IMG/VR virus record: IMGVR_UViG_3300021963_007290 | Span: 38,867-102,866 of that record | Reading direction: 5' to 3' (one strand) | Length of the DNA stretch: 64,000 bases | Origin: a virus | Lineage: Duplodnaviria; Caudoviricetes | Part shown: piece after piece, positions 46,603 to 54,921 of the stretch | Numbering within the stretch: the first letter of the stretch is position 1 | How the letters are laid out: each line of letters starts with the position of its first letter | Notes under the pieces: model-generated | Told to the model about the DNA's origin: nothing | Database searches by the model: none | The model's input: only the letters and a program-made list of their open reading frames with translations | Program-made: the position numbers and the translations under genes

Positions 46603-49539
46603 ATGACACGTAACAGATATAACACCGGAAGATCACTTAGAAAAGAACCAACTGGAATTTCCAGTGATAGATACCAGTATATTGGTTTAGATCAAACTGA
46701 ACCATCTCTTGGTGATCCTTTGGTTGGAATTTCTTCCATTTTATATAATCCCTCGGGAGTATCTACTGGCATAAGTAGCAGTGGAACCTATGTCTTAGTC
46801 ACAAAAGCAGGTGATCCAAAACGATATTGGCTCGATCCTTTCCAATTAGATACTGACGGTATTCAAGGAACTCAGGGAACTCAAGGTGTTCAAGGAACTC
46901 AGGGAACTCAAGGTGTTCAAAATGCTCAGGGAACTCAAGGTGCTTTAAGTAATTTCCAAGGAACTCAGGGCGTTCAAGGTCAGCAAGGACCTCAGGGTGT
47001 TCAGGGTCTTCAGGGTCTTCAGGGCATTCAGGGTCCATTAAGTAACTTTCAAGGTGTTCAGGGTTCCGCAGCAACACAAGGAACACAAGGTCTTCAAGGT
47101 GTCCAAGGTAGTCAAGGAAACCAAGGACTTCAAGCATCTCAAGGAACCCAAGGAACAACCGGAACTCAAGGAAGGCAAGGAAATCAAGGACTATCTAACC
47201 AAGGTATTAGTGGTCAACAAGGACTTCAAGGTGCTTTAAGCAATTTCCAGGGAACTCAAGCAAATCAGGGAGTTCAGGGAACTCAAGGTGTTCAAGGATT
47301 AAGTAATCAGGGAGTTCAGGGTGTTTCTGGGCAAGCAGTATTTAAAGGAGATCAAGGAACTCAAGGTCTTCAAGGTGTTCAAGGTCCGTTAAGTAATTTC
47401 CAAGGAACTCAAGGACTTCAAGGTGATCAAGGAACTCAAGCAAATCAGGGAGTTCAGGGAAATCAAGGTGTTCAAGGATTACAAGGTTGTCAAGGATTCC
47501 CTGGTTCAGCACAAGGAGATCAAGGTCTTCAAGGTGTTCAAGGACCATTAAGTAATTTCCAAGGAACGCAGGGCGTTCAGGGAATGCAAGGAAACCAAGG
47601 AGTTCAAGGAAGATCAAATCAAGGTCTTCAAGGACCTCAGGGTACACAAGGTCTCCAAGGAATGCAAGGGTTTGCTGGTTCAGCACAAGGAGAACAAGGA
47701 CTTCAAGGAAATCAAGGAGTTCAAGGACCATTAAGTAATTTCCAAGGAACACAAGGAAATCAAGGGGTCTCTGGATTTGCTCAGGGTAATCAGGGTATTC
47801 AAGGAACTCAAAATGCCCAAGGAAATCAAGGTCTCCAGGGAATGCAAGGATTTGCTGGTTCAGCACAAGGAGAACAAGGACTTCAAGGACTTCAAGGAAT
47901 ACAAGGACCATTAAGTAATTTCCAAGGAACACAAGGAAATCAAGGTTTACAAGGATATGCCGGAGCATCACAAGGACTTCAGGGAGATCAAGGAGTTCAA
48001 GGCCTTCAAGGTGTTCAGGGTCTTCAAGGAAGACAAGGAACTCAAGGTGTTCAGGGACATCAAGGAGTACAAGGATTTTTAAGTAATTTCCAAGGAACAC
48101 AAGGAAATCAAGGTTTACAAGGATATGCCGGAGCATCACAAGGACTTCAGGGAGATCAAGGAGTTCAAGGCCTTCAAGGTGTTCAGGGTCTTCAAGGAAG
48201 ACAAGGAACTCAAGGTGTTCAGGGTCTTCAAGGAAGACAAGGTGTTCAAGGATTCCAAGGTCTTCAAGCAACTCAAGGTTTACAGGGAAATCAAGGAGTA
48301 CAAGGTGTTCAAGGTATAATTGGTAGCAGCATTAAACTTGTAGCGGCAGATTCGGATGTTGTTACAAATGCTGGTGGATTAGGCAACGTAGATTCTTATC
48401 TAACAACTACTTATGTCAATCAAGCCCCATTTGCTCAGGTTGGAAATGGAATTGTTGATTCATCAAATAGAAATATTTGGATATATCAAGGTGGTGGTGA
48501 TTGGACTAATGTTGGGGATCTTTCTGTACAAGGAATTCAGGGAACACAGGCAGTTCAAGGTCTTCAGGGAAGACAGGGAACTCAAGGTCTTCAAGGAAAT
48601 CAAGGACTTGCGGCAGCAAAACAACTTGGTGGAGATTTAATTTATGCACCTGGAACAACTGGTTCAGTTCCAACAACTCAAGGACAATTTAAATTTACAA
48701 GAGTTGCTTCAGTTGCAGCAGATCCATCTGCTCCATCAGATCTTGGTGCATATGATAGATGGTTAGTTAATATTACAGATGCTCTTGGCCAATCTTTAGC
48801 TGGTATTTTTAGTGTAATTGATGCCGTAGATAATCCACAAAGAGCAGTTGTAACAATATCCGAAAAAGGAAATACTGCAATATTTACAAGTTTCTTAGTT
48901 GTTGCACCAGATAGCGTATTAACTTCAAATTATAGAACGTTTACTGTAAGTGAAGTAGCTTCCAGTGCAAGTCCCAATGTATTTACAAGTGGAAATCAAT
49001 ATACACTTACAGTTTCACTGGTTGGTGCTCAAGGAATTCAAGGAGTTCAAGGAGTTCAAGGAGTTCAAGGAGTTCAAGGAGTTCAAGCAAATCAAGGTCT
49101 TCAGGGTGGAAATTCTGAGACATCAATCATTGTTGCTCTTGGTGATGAATTTACAAATATCGGAATTGGAACAAGTGTCGTAATATTCAGAGCACCATTT
49201 AGATTTAGAATGACTGAACCACCTACGATTTCACTTTCTCAAGCAGCAACAGTTGGAATTACAAGTGTTAATATTTGGTATCAAGCACGACTTTCAAATC
49301 CAGTTTCTGGAATCTGGACAAGTGTATTTCAATCTAATACGCAAGTAGCTAACATTGCAGTAGGACAATATGATAGTTTTGATAGTCCAGCTGTAACTCC
49401 TGCTCTTAAATCAACCGGAGATGCCACATTCCCCGGAAACATAATCAATAGAAATGATAAGATCAGATTCGACATTACTGGAATAGGAACTGCAGGAAAG
49501 GGATTAAAGGCAACTATATACTATTCAAGAATACCATAA
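46603..49539 (+). CDS. collagen-like (Gly-X-Gln) fibre protein 1 (978 aa)
   Basis: Long GxQ repeats (about 46858-48325) with SNF/SA interruptions, two further short GxQ tracts, and a globular C-terminal domain. Confidence 0.85.
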   Translation: MTRNRYNTGRSLRKEPTGISSDRYQYIGLDQTEPSLGDPLVGISSILYNPSGVSTGISSSGTYVLVTKAGDPKRYWLDPFQLDTDGIQGTQGTQGVQGTQGTQGVQNAQGTQGALSNFQGTQGVQGQQGPQGVQGLQGLQGIQGPLSNFQGVQGSAATQGTQGLQGVQGSQGNQGLQASQGTQGTTGTQGRQGNQGLSNQGISGQQGLQGALSNFQGTQANQGVQGTQGVQGLSNQGVQGVSGQAVFKGDQGTQGLQGVQGPLSNFQGTQGLQGDQGTQANQGVQGNQGVQGLQGCQGFPGSAQGDQGLQGVQGPLSNFQGTQGVQGMQGNQGVQGRSNQGLQGPQGTQGLQGMQGFAGSAQGEQGLQGNQGVQGPLSNFQGTQGNQGVSGFAQGNQGIQGTQNAQGNQGLQGMQGFAGSAQGEQGLQGLQGIQGPLSNFQGTQGNQGLQGYAGASQGLQGDQGVQGLQGVQGLQGRQGTQGVQGHQGVQGFLSNFQGTQGNQGLQGYAGASQGLQGDQGVQGLQGVQGLQGRQGTQGVQGLQGRQGVQGFQGLQATQGLQGNQGVQGVQGIIGSSIKLVAADSDVVTNAGGLGNVDSYLTTTYVNQAPFAQVGNGIVDSSNRNIWIYQGGGDWTNVGDLSVQGIQGTQAVQGLQGRQGTQGLQGNQGLAAAKQLGGDLIYAPGTTGSVPTTQGQFKFTRVASVAADPSAPSDLGAYDRWLVNITDALGQSLAGIFSVIDAVDNPQRAVVTISEKGNTAIFTSFLVVAPDSVLTSNYRTFTVSEVASSASPNVFTSGNQYTLTVSLVGAQGIQGVQGVQGVQGVQGVQANQGLQGGNSETSIIVALGDEFTNIGIGTSVVIFRAPFRFRMTEPPTISLSQAATVGITSVNIWYQARLSNPVSGIWTSVFQSNTQVANIAVGQYDSFDSPAVTPALKSTGDATFPGNIINRNDKIRFDITGIGTAGKGLKATIYYSRIP

Positions 49540-49562
49540 TATTATAATTTGGGAGAATTTTT

Positions 49563-50942
49563 ATGACGGCATTTCCATATAATAGTTCTGCTCAAGGTGG
49601 ATTTCAATATTTACTTGATACTTTTAAATTTCCAGTTTATGGGGAAATAGATTTTTATTGCACTGAAATTTGGGGTGAAGAGCAACGTTGGTCAGTTCCT
49701 ATAGGTGTTACCAGCATTTCTGCTGTTTTGATTGGAGGTGGAGGTTCTGGTGGTTTAGGTGAAAATCAGAGGGAGCAAGATGGTGGTGGTGGAGGCGGAT
49801 TAAGATATATTAACGGAATGCCAGTTACTCCAGGAGAACAATTAAGAATATGCGTAGGTCTTGGTGGAACTGCATGGACAGATGCGTATTTGATTGCTAA
49901 TGGACTTTCAGAAAAAGGTCCTGGTCCTGGAGGAATAACTTACATTTCATCATTAAACAATTCTTCAGTACCTGGAAGAACAGGAATTGGTGGTACTATT
50001 ATAGTATTTGCTGGAGCAGGAAGCACTCAAAGTGTTACTTTTACGTCTACTAGTGGTGGTGAAGTGAGAACTACTGCTGGTGGTGGGGGTGGTGGAACTA
50101 CACCAGGAAATTATGCTTGGGGAACAATTGGAGGTGGAAATGGTGGATATGGCGGTCCCCAATCAAACAAAGGTGGTGGTGCTACCGATGGTGGTGGTGG
50201 TGGTGCAGCTGGATGGTCGAATGGAACTACTGGCGGAAATGGAGCTTTCTTTTCGTTAGCACAAGGAAACCCAAATGATCCACCTACTAATGGAGCGGCT
50301 GGTGGTGGAGGAGGAGGTATGTACACTGCTGGTGGTGGTGGAAATGGAGCTGGTGGAGGAGGTGGAACTGGCGTTATTTGGGGACAAGGACCAAGTGGAA
50401 ACGGAGCACAAAATAATGTTCCTCTCACTACAACAGAATTTCTTAGTTGGGGAGGGCAAGGAGGATCTTATGGACCAGATGGATTTGCGGTTGGAACCGA
50501 GACATTTACAACGGCAAACTGGACAACGATAACAGGTACTTATACAAACCCTCCTGCCAACCCCTGGAATTATAATAATCTCAGTCGTGGAAATGGAGTA
50601 AGAGGATTTAATAATAATATTGGAGATGACAGTGGAGCGGGAGTTTTTCCTCCAAGGCAAGGTTCTGGTGGTTATTATGGTGGTGGAGGAGGTGGAGCAG
50701 ATATTACTGGACAGGGAACACCACAATCTGGAGCTGGTGCTTGTGGAGTTGTAAGAATTATATACTCTGGAAGATCTACAATACAAAGAAATTATCCGTC
50801 ACCTAATAATTTGTCTAATCCGTTGAGTAATTGGGGATTTCCTACAAGTCCATTTGCCGCAGGCGGACCGTCAATGTATAATAGTCCAAATTTAGTTGGA
50901 TCTTTAACTCCACTTGCACAAGATACTTCAAGAGCATATTAA
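49563..50942 (+). CDS. glycine-rich adhesin-like protein (459 aa)
   Basis: WSVPIGVTSISAVLIGGGGSG, many poly-Gly motifs, GACGVVRIIY; directly follows a fibre gene. Confidence 0.7.
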   Translation: MTAFPYNSSAQGGFQYLLDTFKFPVYGEIDFYCTEIWGEEQRWSVPIGVTSISAVLIGGGGSGGLGENQREQDGGGGGGLRYINGMPVTPGEQLRICVGLGGTAWTDAYLIANGLSEKGPGPGGITYISSLNNSSVPGRTGIGGTIIVFAGAGSTQSVTFTSTSGGEVRTTAGGGGGGTTPGNYAWGTIGGGNGGYGGPQSNKGGGATDGGGGGAAGWSNGTTGGNGAFFSLAQGNPNDPPTNGAAGGGGGGMYTAGGGGNGAGGGGGTGVIWGQGPSGNGAQNNVPLTTTEFLSWGGQGGSYGPDGFAVGTETFTTANWTTITGTYTNPPANPWNYNNLSRGNGVRGFNNNIGDDSGAGVFPPRQGSGGYYGGGGGGADITGQGTPQSGAGACGVVRIIYSGRSTIQRNYPSPNNLSNPLSNWGFPTSPFAAGGPSMYNSPNLVGSLTPLAQDTSRAY

Positions 50943-50946
50943 TAGA

Positions 50947-50953
50947 ATAAATA
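50947..50953 (+). promoter_or_regulatory. late promoter (ATAAATA)
   Basis: Intergenic, about 20 nt upstream of the ORF at 50974. Confidence 0.6.
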
Positions 50954-50973
50954 ATTAAAATCTATTTAAACTC

Positions 50974-51309
50974 ATGTCAGTTGCTGTTGTAAATCTTAAT
51001 CTTGAAAAGGGAACTGACTTTGAAGCAACTTTTAATATTTTTGGTCCAGATAATGGTCCAGTTTCTCTTAATAATTATGATGGAATTTCAAAAATAAGAA
51101 AGCATCCAACTTCTGTAAAATCGAAGTCATTTGATGTTGAAATTATTACTGCCGACAAATCAGTAAAAATCAGTATGGGAAGAACTGACACACTCGATTT
51201 ATCATCTGGAAGAAATTATTTTGATGTATTTCTTCAAGATTCATCGAACGGAAGTACTATTAAAGTTATAGAAGGGTCTATTATTGTTTCGGATAGTATC
51301 TCGATATGA
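50974..51309 (+). CDS. small Ig-like/BppU-like structural protein (111 aa)
   Basis: NLNLEKGTDF, SKIRK, LSSGRNYFDV and KVIEGSIIV pattern. Confidence 0.6.
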   Translation: MSVAVVNLNLEKGTDFEATFNIFGPDNGPVSLNNYDGISKIRKHPTSVKSKSFDVEIITADKSVKISMGRTDTLDLSSGRNYFDVFLQDSSNGSTIKVIEGSIIVSDSISI

Positions 51310-51617
51310 CAGATTTTAACATAAAACTTAATAGAAATAATAAGTTTAAAGTTACCGTAAAAACTGGAGGTGTTGGTGTGCCCGCAAGATTTTCAGATTT
51401 AATTGATTTCGATGGTCAGGATACTAATGACCAATACGTTATGATGTATAATGGAGCAACAGGAAAATGGACAGCAGTAAATCCAGATAAAGTATTTACC
51501 GCAGCTGCAGAAACGGAACCAACGCAACCAGGATTTGTTGGTTATGCAACTTCCTTTATTGATCGCATGGATCAGGATCTTGATGATAAGATCGATGTAG
51601 ATGCTGGAGGATTCTAA
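51306..51617 (+). CDS. hypothetical virion-associated protein (103 aa)
   Basis: ORF in operon, overlaps the previous stop codon; ends DAGGF. Confidence 0.6.
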   Translation: MTDFNIKLNRNNKFKVTVKTGGVGVPARFSDLIDFDGQDTNDQYVMMYNGATGKWTAVNPDKVFTAAAETEPTQPGFVGYATSFIDRMDQDLDDKIDVDAGGF

Positions 51618-51619
51618 TT

Positions 51620-52459
51620 ATGACAACTCCAGTTATTCAGATTAAAAGGGGGTCTATAAACAACCTCCCTGCATTAGCTGCAGGAGAACCTGGATTTACC
51701 ACCGATACAAGTGAATTTTATATTGGTTTAGATGGAACACTAGCAGGCAATAAATTTATAAGTGCTTCAAGATATTGGAGAAGAGAAAGTAGTGGAGCTG
51801 GTGGTGGAGTAAATTTATATGAATCTACAGTCAATGGTTCAAACTATATTGGTCTTAGGGCACCATTAAATGTTCCTGCAAATTTAAATTATACTCTTCC
51901 ATCAGAACCAATTAATGGTTATTTTTTAAAGACCAATAGTACTGGAACTTTATCTTGGTCGAATGAGATTGAAAATTTAATCGTAACCGGAACAATTCAA
52001 AACCAAGGTAATGTTAATATTGATGGAAATCTTACAGTAAATAATAATTTTCAAGTATCTGGAATTGTAACAGGAAGTTATATAACTTTTGATACACAAG
52101 AATTTGAAAGTGGGGCAAGATTATTAAACGTTGGAATTCCCACAAACCCACCTTCAACAACAACTTGGGATTCTGGAGTAATTTTTAATTACTTCAAATC
52201 TGGAACAAGATATAGATCTGGTATATTCTGGGATGATAGTACTGGAAGAATAGGATTAGCGTCTCATATTTCAAATATTTTTAATGAAGTTGGATTAACA
52301 TCCGATTCCCCCATTATTGACACTACTACATTAACATGGGCACCATTAGAAATAAGATCATTATGGATTAATGACTGTGCAGGTCAATCTGAAGTTATTT
52401 CTTGTTCTGGTTCAGAAAGAACTTTAGAAAATATTTCAATTGATGGTGGTTTTTATTGA
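51620..52459 (+). CDS. fibre protein with Mtd N-terminal-like domain (279 aa)
   Basis: IQIKRGS...LPALAAGEPGFTTDT..FYIG motif; ends IDGGFY. Confidence 0.65.
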   Translation: MTTPVIQIKRGSINNLPALAAGEPGFTTDTSEFYIGLDGTLAGNKFISASRYWRRESSGAGGGVNLYESTVNGSNYIGLRAPLNVPANLNYTLPSEPINGYFLKTNSTGTLSWSNEIENLIVTGTIQNQGNVNIDGNLTVNNNFQVSGIVTGSYITFDTQEFESGARLLNVGIPTNPPSTTTWDSGVIFNYFKSGTRYRSGIFWDDSTGRIGLASHISNIFNEVGLTSDSPIIDTTTLTWAPLEIRSLWINDCAGQSEVISCSGSERTLENISIDGGFY

Positions 52460-52466
52460 ATAAATA
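52460..52466 (+). promoter_or_regulatory. late promoter (ATAAATA)
   Basis: Lies about 25 nt upstream of the ORF at 52491. Confidence 0.6.
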
Positions 52467-52490
52467 ACGTGTATTTTATTTTATATTACT

Positions 52491-52649
52491 ATGTCTGAAG
52501 AAGATTATAAGTCAATCATTGCAGTATATCAACAAAGATCTTTTGAGTTATTTAACAACAATGTAATGTTGGAAACGCAAATTGCACAATTAAAATCAAA
52601 AGTAGAAGAGCTTACTAAAAAATTAGAAACTACCACCGATGATTTTTGA
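52491..52649 (+). CDS. small coiled-coil protein (52 aa; absent from the supplied ORF track)
   Basis: Manual translation MSEEDYKSIIAVYQQRSFELFNNNVMLETQIAQLKSKVEELTKKLETTTDDF*; flanked by late-promoter motifs. Confidence 0.7.
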   Translation: MSEEDYKSIIAVYQQRSFELFNNNVMLETQIAQLKSKVEELTKKLETTTDDF

Positions 52650-52655
52650 TAAATA
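52649..52655 (+). promoter_or_regulatory. late promoter (ATAAATA)
   Basis: Upstream of the ORF at 52714. Confidence 0.6.
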
Positions 52656-52713
52656 ATAAAAACTCTTTAAAATAAAGCAATTTTAAAGAGAACATAGCCT
52701 TAAGAGGTTTTGA

Positions 52714-54576
52714 ATGGCAAGACCGATAATCAGAATCAAAAGATCATCTACGGCTGGAAGAAAGCCTGATGTAAATCAACTTCAGGCTGGTGAAATAGCT
52801 TTAAACATTTCTGACGCCGAGTTATATACAAGAAGAGAACGTATAGGGTTTTCTCCAGACGTAGTAAGATTAGGTTCTGGTTCAACAGTTACAAATATTT
52901 TATATGTCACAGAAGATGGAAGCGACACCAATACAGGAAGAAAACTTGGAGATGCAAAACGAACAGTCGGAGCAGCACTCTCAGAAGCAACAACAGGAAC
53001 AGTTATTAAGATTAGTGCTGGATCTTATATAGAAAATAATCCTTTAATTATACCAGAACAGGTATCAATTGTTGGAGATAGTTTGAGAGAAGTATCTTTA
53101 TCTCCACAAAATTCTAATAAAGATTTATTTTATGTTTCAAATGGAAATTATATTGCGGAAATGTCTTATACAGGATCTTTGAATCCAGGTAAGGCAATTT
53201 TTGCATTTAACCCAGATGAAGTAGGATATTTCAATCAATCTCCATATATTCAAAATTGTACCAATTTTATTCCAAATAGCATCGGATTAAAAATTGATGG
53301 GTCAAAAGCAATCGGACCATTAAAATCTATGGTCTTAGATTCATTTACTCAATACAATCAAGCAGGAATAGGTTGTTCTATTACCAACGAAGGTTATGCA
53401 CAATTAGTTTCTCTTTTTACTATCTGCAATGATATTTCAGTATTCTGTGGATCTGGTGGTGCTTGCGATTTAACCAACTCAAATTCTTCTTTTGGAAATT
53501 ATGCATTAGTTGCTGATGGAGTAGGTCCATTAAAATATACTGGAATAATTACAAGTTCAGAATCACCAAATTCGGATACATTTATTTTAGATTTAAACGT
53601 TCCCACTTTAAATGTAACTGGTGCAGTTTACGATAATGTCACTGGACTTACTACAATTACTTTAGATTCCAACCATAACTTTAATATTGGAATGGGAGTT
53701 TCAATTTCTGGACTTGGATTTACCTGCCCATCGGGACCAGGAACTGTAACCTTTCCATCGGGCAACAAAGGATATATTTTTGAAGTTTCTACAATTACCT
53801 CACCAAGTTCTTTTGAAACTTATGTGGGAACTTCTACTCTTCCGCATACATATTCTTCAGGTGGAACTGTAAATATAAATGTAATAAGACCATTTGATGG
53901 TCAAGTAGTTTATTTTGGAAATTTATATTACACTATTGGTGGCATTACTATTGGTGCTGGTGGAACCGGATATACTGGAAACGTAGATATTACTATTGAC
54001 TCACCTTCTACAGATTGGGGAATTCCAGCAACGGCAGTTGCAGAAGTTAAAAATGGAACCGTAATTTCCGTAGAAATGATTTCAAATGGAAGAGGATATA
54101 CTTCACAACCAAATGTAATTTTTAGTGCTCCTGATATTGGACTAAATACTGCAGTAGGATCTGCAAATTTGATTCCAACTTACTATGCAATTAAGAGTTC
54201 TACTCCAATTTCTTCTGGAATTTGCACGATTACAATCAACGATAATGTTCCATATGATGTTAGTGCTGGAACGCAAGTTCCATTTTTTAAACAAAGTAGA
54301 GTATTAGCAACTGGACATTCACTTGAATATATTGGTTCTGGAACAGATATTGCAACTGCGTTGCCATCTGCTGGTGGAGTTCCAATTCAAGAACAAGAAA
54401 CTGATAAAAAGAATGGTGGTTTAGTTGTATATACTTCGACTGACCAAGCTGGAAATTTTAGAATTGGTGACGGTGTTGTTGTTAATCAACAAGAAGGAAC
54501 AATTAGTGGGACATTTTATTCTAAAAGTTTATTTTCTACACTAACACCATTTATGCTTGCACTAGGAGGAGATTAA
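52714..54576 (+). CDS. beta-helix fibre protein (620 aa)
   Basis: IRIKRSS..GEIALN N-terminus, LYVTEDGSDTNTG, SPYIQNCTNF, DSFTQYNQAG, CDLTNSNSSFG, TSTDQAGNFRIG. Confidence 0.75.
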   Translation: MARPIIRIKRSSTAGRKPDVNQLQAGEIALNISDAELYTRRERIGFSPDVVRLGSGSTVTNILYVTEDGSDTNTGRKLGDAKRTVGAALSEATTGTVIKISAGSYIENNPLIIPEQVSIVGDSLREVSLSPQNSNKDLFYVSNGNYIAEMSYTGSLNPGKAIFAFNPDEVGYFNQSPYIQNCTNFIPNSIGLKIDGSKAIGPLKSMVLDSFTQYNQAGIGCSITNEGYAQLVSLFTICNDISVFCGSGGACDLTNSNSSFGNYALVADGVGPLKYTGIITSSESPNSDTFILDLNVPTLNVTGAVYDNVTGLTTITLDSNHNFNIGMGVSISGLGFTCPSGPGTVTFPSGNKGYIFEVSTITSPSSFETYVGTSTLPHTYSSGGTVNINVIRPFDGQVVYFGNLYYTIGGITIGAGGTGYTGNVDITIDSPSTDWGIPATAVAEVKNGTVISVEMISNGRGYTSQPNVIFSAPDIGLNTAVGSANLIPTYYAIKSSTPISSGICTITINDNVPYDVSAGTQVPFFKQSRVLATGHSLEYIGSGTDIATALPSAGGVPIQEQETDKKNGGLVVYTSTDQAGNFRIGDGVVVNQQEGTISGTFYSKSLFSTLTPFMLALGGD

Positions 54577-54582
54577 TAAAAA

Positions 54583-54912
54583 ATGGCTTTAGCACTTAAT
54601 GTATTTAAAACTGTTACAGCAGTAGTAAGCACGACACCAACAGTAATTTATACGGCACCAGTTGGTTATACCGGCGTTATTCTTTTGGCACAAGTTGCAA
54701 ACATTGGATTAAATTCTCAAGATGTCACTTTTATTCACCGCAGAAGTGCGGTTGATACTGAATTATTACAAAATTATCCAATTTCTGGAAACGATACTGC
54801 AAATCTTCTTGCAGGAAAATTGGTTCTACAAAGTGGAGATAGAATTGTATTGTCGGGAAGTAACCCAACAGATTTGAAATTTATTGCAAGTATTTTAGAA
54901 ACACTCAATTAA
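54583..54912 (+). CDS. small structural protein (109 aa), paralogue of 46229..46597
   Basis: ALNVFKT..IYTAPVG..QVANI..ISGND..GKLVLQSGD..SILET. Confidence 0.7.
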   Translation: MALALNVFKTVTAVVSTTPTVIYTAPVGYTGVILLAQVANIGLNSQDVTFIHRRSAVDTELLQNYPISGNDTANLLAGKLVLQSGDRIVLSGSNPTDLKFIASILETLN

Positions 54913-54921
54913 TACTAAGAG

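Noticed and set aside
46799-48640. Antisense and alternative-frame ORFs (119, 309, 61, 64, 75 aa)
   Set aside because: Shadows of the collagen repeat in 46603..49539.
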